Shown: piece by piece, positions 12,561 to 24,500 of the stretch | Layout of the letters: each line of letters begins with the position of its first letter | Position numbering within the stretch: the first letter of the stretch is position 1 | Source of the DNA: Ophelia neglecta | Lineage: Eukaryota | Direction of reading: 5' to 3' | Assembly: GCA_965285935.1 (NCBI GenBank) | Contig: OZ260662.1 | Span: forward strand, 20,584,001-20,648,000 | Length of the DNA stretch: 64,000 nucleotides | Notes under the pieces: generated by a model | Told to the model about the DNA's origin: nothing | Database searches by the model: none | The model's input: the letters and a program-made list of their open reading frames with translations, nothing else | Position numbers and translations under genes: made by a program

Positions 12561-14402
12561 TTAAAGGATTTTTTGAATAACCTTGGTGTCGGGAGTTAGA
12601 AGGGGATTGCCCAATTCATTGATTGATCTATTTAACGCGTTACACCAGAGTTGCAGCTTTATCTGATAGTATTCCCCCGCAATTGTAGTGAGAAAAATGA
12701 TAACTTAAAACGATTTAAGCGTAAATAATTTCGATGATAATGAAATCAGCATTTTAAAAATATCATGGCCAATTTTAATACGCATTACTACATGCATATT
12801 TGAAGTTCATAAAAGAATATGGATTTTTGAATATTTGTGGATTAGTATGACCAGATGACAATATCTGTTTTTGTGCACAGCGGTTTAGATTATATAATTT
12901 ACAAATATTTGGTGAGATGGAATAAATTGTTGTCATATCTGACAATGTAAAAAACAAATTTTGGCTTGCTGCTGTAACAATTGAAACCTCTTTGGCATTA
13001 GGCAAAGCAACAGCAATGGAAATATCTCTTGATTATATCATTTATATATACCATCCCAAGCAGTTCGTTGCGGTTCAATAACAAAGTATACTGCATGGTC
13101 AGTCATGATCTCGCATATGCTGGGTGACATCGGTCCCCTAACAAATGCATCACGGCCACATTTAAATAACAAAGTTGGCCTATACCTCATGGCAAGTCAA
13201 CGTCATGCACATGCAGGCGGACACCGATCTCTAATAGATCTCACTCATCGGTCAGACGGAACCTTTGTGTTGGACAGTGTGTATCAAATCGCAAAAGATG
13301 CCGATTCACCCTACTGTTGCCTCCTTTATCACCTTGCCTTTAGCCAATGCATATTTATCATTATTTAATTATTCTAGAAATGTTTATTGAATTTAGTTGA
13401 TGTAGGTGACACAGGAATTCAGAAGAGCATCACAACGAACTCGAATAAAAACATAGTAAACAGCAGAATTTTTTTTTCTTTGGCGATGCTGTATTAGGAT
13501 CAGCATACGTTACTTGTTCATCGACAGGGATGTAATAAGCTTGCATATTGCTGGTACCGTCTCAGGCATTGAATGTCGTTCACCCCGTAGCCCCTCGTGT
13601 TCGCCCCAAAGAAATTCTCGACTTCAAGGGGGTCTTTGGCGTCGATGACGACCTGAATATCTACTTTGTCTAACAGCCTATAGCTAGACAATTTAATTAA
13701 TGTAAAAAGAAACTCCTTTATGCAATAACCATTTGTCATCGCCCAACCTCAAAGACCATGGGGTTATACGGAAATTGTATTGAATATTTTTTCCTTTAAT
13801 TCCAAGTGGTTGTCATTCACTCTAAGCACACCATAAATATAAAGTTTGCCCTGTTGACAAAATAAACTATTTCATTTAACACTTAAGCGTGCAGACAAAT
13901 AATTAAATTGTATCGGCAAAACGGCGATTTTTACTTCATATGCAAACACGGCTGACAATCTTCTCTAAAAAAATCGTAAAAACTGGCAGGTGTAAAAAGT
14001 GTTTACCCTTGGCGTGCAAGTCATCGACGCCAGGCATAAAAATGGTGCTGCCCGGCAACATCTTGTTTTGCGGCGAAATTATTTACGGATTTAAACTTAG
14101 GTTCGGCTCATTCCAAAGTTGTATCAATTGATCGCTAAAGGCACTGATGTTATACCGATGAGATCGATTAAATCTATTCTCCAGTCTCGAGACGATGTGG
14201 ACCGGTTTGCGGGTCATAGAAGTATGAAATATAGTTGTGCTATAGAAAGTAGAGAATACTTGTTTTACAAATTGGCCTATATTGCGATTGGTTCATCTAG
14301 TACGAAGCCTAAAAATAGCCCAGAAGCGCCCTAGCGGCAAGCCTTAAAAAAGAGTTGTTTAGCATGAGTCAAATTGCTAGGCGGGCAACAAAAACGCGGT
14401 TA

Positions 14403-14748
14403 GGGACGCACCATTCAATATCTGGGGGGGGGGGGGGGGGGCGACAAATTTTTAAAAAAAAATTGTTTGTTTCTGGTTATGCATAAAAAAAATTGTTTGT
14501 TTCTGACTCTGGAAAAACATTAATTGTTTGTCTGATATTTTCTTTAAAATTTTTTTTTTTTTTTTAAAGTTTGATCAAGGCTAGGGAAAAAAATATTTGA
14601 TAGAGATTTGTTAGAAAAAAAAATTGTTTGCTTCCCAAATAGGAAAAAATAAATTGTTTGTTTGTCCAAAGCTAGAAATTTTTTTGTTTCACTAGAAAAT
14701 ATTTTGTCGCCCCCCCCCCCCCCCCCCAAATATCTAATGGTGCGTCCC
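14403..14748. mobile_element. PIF/Harbinger-type MITE upstream of exon 1 variant 3
   Basis: TIR GGGACGCACCATT / AATGGTGCGTCCC with poly-G and poly-C subterminal tracts; TTA duplicated at 14400-14402 and 14749-14751; empty site near 10990. Confidence 0.9.
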
Positions 14749-14818
14749 TTATATAGTACAGCACAAGCTGTCGTATCGAACACTGAACAGGATATAAAGG
14801 TGAATACACGTTGCCGAA

Positions 14819-14955
14819 ATGGATATCCCGTTTTATTTAGAAGCCTTAGGAGAGCTCAATTCTCATACAGAAGAAGCAGAGTATGATTTTTTTCAAGCAG
14901 CATGATGGTTTTCTACGTATAACTTCCGCTCAAACATTACTCACTTTAGGAGCCG
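14819..14955 (+). pseudogene. HNMT-like exon 1, variant 3 (frameshifted; nearest to body B)
   Basis: T7 instead of T6 in GAT TTT TTC gives 137 nt and an early TGA; also R>G, RR>QT and S>T changes; donor GTAAGC retained. Confidence 0.7.
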
Positions 14956-15056
14956 GTAAGCAAAAGAATTACCTCATCAATCACTATTTAAGATAGAACG
15001 AGTCCACATAGTACTAAATTTTCTCAGCCATACGTTTTAGTATGTGTTCTTGTTTC

Positions 15057-15128
15057 TGCGCGGGGCGCCTGCCCGCTGCTGCCTATGTTTAAATAGTTAT
15101 GGGTGGCGGCGGGTGGGCGTCTCGCGTG
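15057..15128 (+). other. GC-rich 31-bp stem-loop in intron 1 (copies at ~37449-37520 and ~57123-57194)
   Basis: 15057-15087 pairs without gaps to 15098-15128 using only Watson-Crick and G-U pairs; 10-nt loop. Confidence 0.75.
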
Positions 15129-16025
15129 TCTGTGTGGTTGACAAATAAGGAACACCCTTTCTAGAGCTCTTCATGCTTACCTGGTTCAGGTGCTTTGTTC
15201 TACCATCATCATTCTTCTTGCAATACTATCATATCTATTGTATTTGTATCATTATCGGTCGTGCACCATTTTTTTATTAACAAGGGACTATTGTTATATT
15301 TTGTTCTAAATTGTAGGCAATTAATAAATATTTTGTTACAAGGGGTCTTTGATTTTTCTTTTATAACCAGTTTTTGGACTACTATATTGATTATAGTTTA
15401 TCGTATCTTATCGCTCCCTGCCTACTTTCCAGTTTCTTGGTGTTTTGGAATTGGTGACTTAGCAGACATATCACACGTTATGTCACTTAATGATTAGTAT
15501 AGTTACTCCCTCATCTCATGTCATCATATCATTTTTTATCCCACGCATATTTGTAAGATTGTCTCAATGATTTTATTTGGAAATTACCTTTTTGAAGCCT
15601 TCTGTAAAATCCAAATTATGTAAATAAATATATTTAAACCAAATACTTAAATTGACTTCTGAAAAGACACAAGGATATGCATAGGATGAATAGATAAATA
15701 GCAGTCACACTGTGCAACAGTGCGAATCCATACATGATCAAATTTTTGTTAATGGTGTAGAGAGATCTGCTCATTTCCAAATGCCTTCATGTAAAAATCG
15801 AATGAATACCAATTGTGTTTTGGTCACATCACTGGCATGAAATTGATATATTCATATTTTCTTATGTGGCTTTTACTTTTGACAAGAATCATACACAAGT
15901 TGCTGCAAATAACACACCTTGTTCGTTTACCCCACCGTGTAAAGTGTAGATTAAAACAATGGAACAAACAATTTATCAAATATACCTCAAAGAAGTATTT
16001 AGCAATGGCACTGATAGGACAAGAT

Positions 16026-18225
16026 ACTTGTATTCCAGAAATCGAAACTAAATTCAATAAATATAAACATAAAGAACATTCTTGGATAACTTATGGAATA
16101 TTGCATTCTATACACACTAGAGATCTGCTTGCCAAAAAGCGAAACACTGTTGAAAATACACCCAGGTACACAGAAACAAACAACCACTTACTACATTATA
16201 GGAGTGTACTTGACAAAGTGATTAAACATACCCGTTTCGAAAATGCTAAAAGTGATATCAAACGTACATGGGCCAATATAAAAATGTTAATGGGAAGTTA
16301 AACTGATAATAAAATTCAGCGGTTATTTTATGATGATCTAAATAATAAAATTACGGACCCTCAGGAAATAGTAAATAAATTTAATTCATTTTTTGGTAAT
16401 ATAGGAAACATTGTATGTCCTCAGGACAACAGGGAATCCAGCCCATTTCAAACTTATCTGAAACAGCCGCTCATGAATAGAATTTTCCTCAGAAATACAG
16501 ATGGTTCTGAAATTGTGCAAATAATGAGTAAGTAAAAACCAAAAACCTTCTTTGGTTTCGATGGCGTAACTCCGAAATTATTATCACAAACTGTTCATGC
16601 CATAGCGCATCCTCTCGCCGAAATTTTTAATTTAATGCTTAGAACAGGAACATTCCCACAAAAGATGAAGATAGCAAAAATCCTCCCATTTTATAAAAAA
16701 GACGATCCAAGTAGATTTACAAATTATCGGCCAATAGCTATCCTGCCAGCCTTTTCTAAATTTTTTGAAAAACTACTCTATAATCGTCTGTATAACTTTC
16801 TAGCGTCCTCTTCCCCTCACAGTATGGTTTTAGGAAAAATCACTCGACCGAATACGCTAGCCAAGAATTACTTGACCACACAGTGAATAATATAGGTGCC
16901 AAACAAAACGTTGCCGCAATATTTATTGATTTAACAAAGGCTTTCGATACTATGCACCATGAGACATTACTTTCAAAATTAGAACATTATGGAATCCGAG
17001 GCACGCCACTCAAAATATTTAAAAACTACCTTGCAAATAGAGCGCACTTCGTTTCCTATAACAATTATACCTCTGGTAATGTACCCTCAAATCATGGAGT
17101 GCCCCAGGGCTCCATATTGGGGCCCTTATTGTTTCTTCTGTATATAAATGACATTTCGCAATCCTTAAAACATTCAATGACCATTTTATTTGCTGATGAC
17201 ACCAGCTTGATCCTACATGACAGTGATATCAACACCCTTATTCTTAACATGAACTCTGATTTCGAAAACATTAATCTTTGGATAAATGCAAATAGTCTTT
17301 CAAAAACATAAACAAAAGCAAATATATCACATTTAGACGCTCAACTAGAAATAATTACAAAAATTCAAACTATGTGGTCAAACTAAAAAGTATGAAAGTA
17401 GAACAGGTGCAACATTATAAATTCCTAGCAACCTTTTTTGATGAGAAACTAAACTGGAGAGCTAACATCAATGAAAAATGTAAAAACATATCAAAGATTA
17501 CTGGCATATTAAACAAATTAAAACACCAACTACCATGTTATATCCTAAAAATAATATACACCTCTCTTATTCAGCCTCACCTAACTTATGGTTTAACATT
17601 ATGGTATAACCAAAACAATCAAACTGAGTGCAACAGACTCTTCACACTACAAAAGCGAGCCATGAGAATTATCACAAAATCCCCATACCTCTCTCATACC
17701 GAGCCTTTGTTCAGATCCACTAGTATACTTAAATTAAAAGAATTATTTACATTCCAATGCCTGAAAATATATTTTGCCCTTATTAACAAAACCTGTCCTC
17801 ATTATACCTTAACAAGCATCACATTAACGAAAAACGTAACCCGTTCCTATTATACTAGAAGCCTGGAAGTAATTCAGCGAAAGCCCATAAGACTAGATAT
17901 TGCTAAGCAGTGCCTGTGGTACAAATTGCTAATATCAACCAATACTATCCTATATGACTTGAGAAGTTCATTGTCAAATAAGACCGATTACAAGAATATT
18001 TTTATTAGTCAATATATAAATACATGTTGTCTGCAAGACTGTTATGTCTGTAATAGTAACCCATCATAATATTTTTTTTTCTCGCCAATATTTATGTATA
18101 GAAATATGATTGTATTTTAGAATATGTAACGCGTATGTCTGTGCTCCTGTGTCAATAGGGCGGCCAGTGTCTACAGCTACGGCCATTACTGGCGTCCTTT
18201 AATAAATTGATTTCAAATCAAATCA
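16026..18225 (+). mobile_element. 5'-truncated CR1/L2-group LINE (disrupted RT) in intron 1 of copy B only
   Basis: NYRPIAILP, FIDLTKAFDT, GVPQGSILGPLLFLLYIND, LFADDT; 3' stem-loop, AATAAA and (CAAAT)n tail; AAGAT duplicated at 16021-16025 and 18226-18230; empty sites near 38433 and 58107. Confidence 0.95.
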
Positions 18226-18555
18226 AAGATTTATTGAAAACAAATCAAGTCACTAAGATATAACAACACTTCGAAGGTACAGCACTATTAGCACCAGTAG
18301 ACTGGAAAAATTCATGCAGTTAAATATGCTTGAATAACATTCTGAATTTGGAAAGGTTACAATAGGGACAGCCTATCAGTTGGTTGGCATGTTTTCAATC
18401 AATCTCCTTATAATATTAATGTGGTTTTTTTCTGGGGACAGGACATGCAGAGAGTTTGATAGAATGGCCCATATATACGAGGCGCAAACAAAGCGATATT
18501 GATGCAAAACGGACAACACTACGATGTAATTACCTTTACTCAATAATTTGTGCAG

Positions 18556-21500
18556 GTGACGGACACTTTGAGGATCAGCTAACCAAACAAGGTTTATTAA
18601 AGAACTTAGAACTTTACCATGCTGTCGAACCAAACGCGACGGTTTTAGACAGTCTGAAGTCTCGGATACAGGCTCTTTTTCCTAAAGCGTTCGTATGTTG
18701 AAGAATTTTTTATTATTTAATGGCAATTAAACCAACAAATTCCTTAAACTGATTATGCAAGTTTTAGGAGTCTTCTGATATGCATCAAAGCGATGCGAAT
18801 GCCCAGGACGTAGGCATTTGCCTATACTGCATTATTATGTTTCCTACTTACAGACAATCTTTCAACAATTACCGGCGGATGAGTTCGAAGGAATAGCAAA
18901 AAACGGCGACGATGAGATGGATAAGACACCGGAAAAATACGACGTCATACTAATAATGCGCATGCTCAGCTATGTAAAGGACAAGGTAGATTGCATCATA
19001 GATATGTATAATCCATATGTATTCTCTATGTCTATGATTGCATGCACTTTTTTTTAGGAGTGTGAATTGGTCGAGTGTCGAAGTGCGAGTTAAAAAGGCG
19101 AGGAGCGAGATAAAAAGTCGAGGAGTGAGTTAAGAAAGCGAGGCCCGTCCTCAACCACGAGTGACATGACCTGGTAATTCTCACGTGCAGGCAAATCGAA
19201 TGCGCCCTGCCCAGGAATGTTAAATTAAATGTTTGGGTTTTAACGTCCCTTTCAACACTTGAGAGGTCATATCGGGATAGGGAGTCTCTTGGAACGATGA
19301 GGCGAAGGTCTGATGAATCACTCCCCCACACAAGGTTAGGTTGAAAACAGCCCTCTCAAGCTGGGTTCGAACTCAGACCTTGGAGGTCGGAGGTCCAGCA
19401 CGCTACCACTGGACCACGGAGACTCCCTCCCTGCCCAGGAAGCGCTCGAGTTGCACCACAGCAGGCTGAGGTAGACTTATATTAGTCCGGTAAAAACGAC
19501 TAGGAAGCGTTCATTATATATGGCCGGAGGGGGGGGGGTTAATTTAATTTTTTTTTGGGTGGGGGGGCCTTTATTCAACCCATTTCCATGGGGGGGGGGG
19601 GGATTTTTGTTAACCTATTCACAGGGGGGGGGGGGACGATTTTTTTTAACCTTTTAACAAGGGAACGCGTTTTTTCACGTATTTCTTATTGACACTTTTG
19701 GGTAGCTATTTTATTGAAATATATATTGTACAAAAGTGTGTAGTGAAACTGCAAATGCAAATGATCAAACTTAGACAAATTCCAGATTTTATACAGTAAT
19801 GACATATGAATAGCAGGTATATACAACTCTTTTGGCATGAAATGATACATTATACCCATGACTCCGAATTCAGAACAAATCATAAGGTACAAAATGATTT
19901 ATTTCTTATTTATGAATGTGCACATTGTTATAAGCGATGCAGTCCTGGTTAATCCATTATTATCATACAATACTTATCAAAACAATGAGATAATAACAGA
20001 TTTAGGACTTGTAGAAATGTAAAATATGACAAGATGTTCGCAGTGACACAGAACTAGCAATCATGAATCAGTAATAAACATTGACAAACATAAAACGAGT
20101 TACGATAGTGTCTGCTGTGCAACAGCCTGACACAAAATTATATATATCACGCAACACTGACCAGACATGCACACTAAAACAAATCGACTCGTATGCACCA
20201 ATACAGCACTTACAAAACTTGAAAGAACAGTGATACATATATCCAATTGAAATAAAAATCAAGTCTAATAACTGGAATTACGAGGATGTTTGAATGAGGA
20301 TGTTCCATTGGGCCACCCCCTATGGGGCCAATTGGTCAATGTACCTGCTGTCTCCCTAACTTTCATGTGATAGATGTATTGACATGACGTGCAATAATAC
20401 ACAGTACAACTTTTACAAACTATTTCCATGGCGATGACAATATCACAAAAATCGGGAGAAAGTCCATTAAATCAACGAATCAAAGACAAAATATATTTAT
20501 TTGGCTCAGCTTAATTGAAGCTTTGATATTAATAAATAGCACCAGGGACATTGAACTAAAATAAAATCATCGAAATATATGCTAAAATGATCAAATCCTG
20601 AACAACATCCACTCAAAAAGTTTCATACCCTCTATATCTAATGACATGCTATGACTCGAATCATTAAAAATTAATGTTGGTCCCTTCAATTGAAGTAACT
20701 GACGAGCACATGCACAGTACCACATGAAAGCATCCCGCTCACATCCAAATACTCCTTTCCCCTCCGCACTAGAGATGGAGAAATATCATCGAGTGAATAA
20801 CAACTTGTCTTTGATGGGGGGGGGGGGGGATTATTTTTCCACTTATTTCCGAGTGGGGGTGATATTTTTCCAGCTTTTTCTGAGGGGGGGGGATATTTGT
20901 CCACCTATTTCGGAAGGGTGTGGGCAATTTTTCCCATCTATTTCCAAGGGGGGGTGCAATTTTTTGGACGTATTTATTTCAAACATTTACCACCACTACT
21001 ACGCACCCACCCACCCCCCCCCCTCCCCCATCCCCCGGCCATAAATAATGAACGCTCCCTTATCAATCAAAGGATAATCTGACGTAGATTATCGTAAAAA
21101 TTTAAAATATAGGGTATTAATAATCAAAAGGGAAGAGCATTTGAATTGAGAATCAAAATATAACGGAAATTAATCAACCATTGCATTATCATTGCTGTGG
21201 AAAATATTCTTTCACGTAAATTTGCAAAATAGGTCTTATTGACCTTCCCCTCTCTTTCTTAACTCGCTCCTCGAATTTCATCTCGCTCCTCGCTTTTTTA
21301 ACTCGCTCTTCGCTGCTCCACCAATTTACACAGTCATTTCTTACCTTAGTCCCGGGTTGCCGGTTACTACATCCAATTCACAAATGAGTTATTATGATGA
21401 AATGGGATGTATCTGACAACATACGCTCACCCTACACAGGTACCATCTGGTGCAATTTCTAAAAAACAATCATCATCCTTTGGCCAAACTATTCGTGTTC

Positions 21501-24500
21501 CAATGGGTTAGTTTCCTGAATGGTGGGAAGTTGAACATTATCAGGAAATGTTCACCTTATTTTGGCAATATAGATGATTTATTTTGGTATATAAATTAAT
21601 ATTGCAGACAATATTTTCTGCTATGTTCGGGTCTTTATCACAAAAGAGAAAATGATTTCGATATTCAGATAGTAAATTTCCCATTCCTTGGCGGCAAGAT
21701 TTTTATTTTCCAAGCTATTAGATGATATTTCGAGGACTCTGGGTTTTATAAGAACTTAAGCGTGTGCTGGATGAAGGGTTGTTCGCTTGCCTCATAATTA
21801 CATCACCTATTGATGGCTTCAATTCATATATTGTTACACTAACTTATTTGAATTCTGGTACAAAGTGTCACTAGAATTGTCGTCCTTGCCTCTTAATAAC
21901 ATCAATATTCCTGTCCTCAAATATAATAGCAACAAATATATATGGCATATTGTGTGTGCTGTTACGACATATAAGTCATTTTTATATAAAATAAGTTCAA
22001 TAATGACATCATTAAAAGTGTTACGTGTTATTTTCCTTGCGAATAGTGGTTTGTATAGAAAAAATTAACATACAGAGAAGGGTCACTCTCTGTGACATTT
22101 CTTTATCCTAACCATAGGACCCATAACACGATGCTCATTTCATAACAAATAACACCATGTATTACCAAATTTGATTTGATCTTTAAAAGGTAAGACTTCT
22201 TCGCCTCGCATATTCCTTGTTACTTGAAGGCGGGAAAATGATAATTATCCACAATGAAGGTGCCTCTACATTTTCGCTTTTTGGTGAGTTGTTTTGTGGT
22301 ATTTGTTTTGAATTTTAACACTTTAACAGTTTGCATATAGAATCACATGTTTAGCAAGTTTCTTTTTCAACTGATTTGATTTATTGTCACACTTAATTTT
22401 GTGATAATAATGAATGCCCCTGGATCGGGTACTAGATGGCCCAACGCTCTCAATTCTAGCATACTGTTGTTTGCTATAAAGAACCATGTACAAGAATACA
22501 TTATTCGCAGCGACCAAAATCCTATTATCAACATTCTTATTTAGGATCATATTCCCAATTTAAATGCTGCAATTCTTCAAATTCCTGGAATATCAACTGT
22601 CTGATGACACTCTAAAAATCTTAAGTTGATGCCTTGTAGACGAAACAATAGCATTGATTATGAAAGCGGTCCGCAATAATCGCGAACCACCAGCCACAGG
22701 CCCATAAATCTCACATACAAATAAATGTCCAGCTCCCAAACAGTAAATAATGTTTGAAGAAGATAATAGATATTGATGTTGTTTGCAATGAGAATCGGTC
22801 AACAGTTTTCCATGATGCCAGTCAGCCCTAAACAAACGGGTTTATGGTGAAGGTAGGACCGATAAAATATGATCCAGCATGGCCTATAATGGTCCAAGCC
22901 ATATCACCATTAGGACACTAAAGATGAAATTTTCAATAATCAATTGCCAATGCGCCCAGAAAATGGACTTCCCGTTGAGGTACAGCCCCATAAAATTATT
23001 CACGTCATAATTATAGAATAAGATTATATTGCTCTTATCTTAAGGGACAAGTACATTATAAATTTAGGCAAAAAAAGTGATAATTGAATTTATTGATTTG
23101 ACCATGCATATATATTCAGAGGCGACATGGTACACTCTTTCTCATAATGTATGGTAATGTCACCTTTTTTTATATATCGCAAACATGGTCGTCTTTTCAT
23201 TCCACACAATGCCGATATTGACATATTCCTGTTTCTAAAACTGTTGCAATGATTCAGATGTGTCTGAACACAGAAGTACAACTTGTATCTGCTGCAAGAG
23301 ACTTTAGATATATGTGTGCGGGAATTTGTCTGCTGGTACCTGGTTAATTTGGACCGATTGTTTGACAATTCTTGATAACCTATTTTGTTTTGTCTGTCTT
23401 GTATCTACTTCCGTTTTTATCGATTAACATGCAATTAATGAAATGTGTTTTTCTTCAAAAATCGCCATTTTAAGCTTTAAAACGCTACATGCAGTTTTCA
23501 GATCCTAATGGACATTGCATATACTATAAGCATATATATGTGTTCAGTAGAATAAAAAATCGAGTGTTGTATTTGTCAATGTGTGCATCTTGCACTCTTA
23601 TATATAATATGGGTGCTATTTATAGGTGAGCGTTTCGGCATAAGTAAGAGACAGTACTACGCCCGTCACATTGCAGAGGATTTGAAAAGCGCAGGTCTCA
23701 TTTACAAAGGTAAAACGCACTGTTTAATGGTTTATACGGCAGTTTTCTCGTTACTTTTATTACTTGAGAAGTTGGGTTTTTTGTCAAATGTATGTGCATG
23801 CCAAAACATGTTCATCTAGTGACATGACAGTTGGGGTTATAAAAACTGCAAACTAGAATTCAATGAAATAAATGGATGGATTTTTATGGTAACACGACTT
23901 CTTATTCTTAAGAAGAAGTCGAACATTGTTGCTTTGGATGTAGTTAGCAAACATTAATGATGCTAAATAGGAAAAGCTAAGTAGAAATGTCATATACTGC
24001 ATACACAATTATTCGTGGGAAATATATCATTGTAGAATATCAAGAAACTTAATACTTGAGATTAGTACATTATATCAGATACATATAGTTGCACTATACG
24101 TCTCTGATTATATGGAGTATTGGCGGAAACCGTCCCTGTGATGAAGCAGTAGGTCCAGAAGGTTACTTATTTTTGCAATTTCACAATTGATGGGACGAAG
24201 AAGATAGTTGGAGGGAGGGGGACATTATCAACCCTCTCTTTGAGAAAATTTTGCTAAATATGACTTTTATGACATTCTAATTAATTAGTATAATATTAAT
24301 GTACCCAAATTCGACAAAACTGACTCTTGGCAGGATGGACTTGGCACTGAAGAAGTTTAATGAGGAAATTTCTGGTTCGGATAGGAATTCATCTAATACA
24401 TATATACATTACATGGAGTTCTGTAGGAAACCATTCCTGCGACGAAGTAGTAAGTCCAATGGGCGACTTATTTTCGTAATTTGACAAATGATAGGACCGA

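Larger units (their letters stand above)
7380..15050. repeat. Diverged direct duplication (~7380-11400 vs ~11810-15050), each half ending in an exon-1 cassette
   Basis: Colinear paralogous sequence, e.g. ORFs 7672/12183 and 10604/14119; the halves differ by the LINE at 9042 and the MITE at 14403. Confidence 0.85.
19057..21335. mobile_element. Non-autonomous TIR element in intron 3 of copy B, hosting nested insertions
   Basis: About 85-bp imperfect inverted ends (GTG(T)AATTGG..GCGAGTTAAAAA..CGAGGAGCGAG..GAGTTAAGAAAG) at ~19057-19143 and ~21247-21335; empty site near 39186. Confidence 0.85.

Noticed and set aside
14424-14728. Poly-G/poly-C tracts as G-quadruplex signals, and proline/glycine-rich ORFs here and at 20.7-21.1 kb
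   Set aside because: They are subterminal tracts of Harbinger-type elements.
19381-19428. tRNA gene
   Set aside because: The A and B boxes belong to a SINE with a LINE-like tail and TSD; there is no complete cloverleaf.
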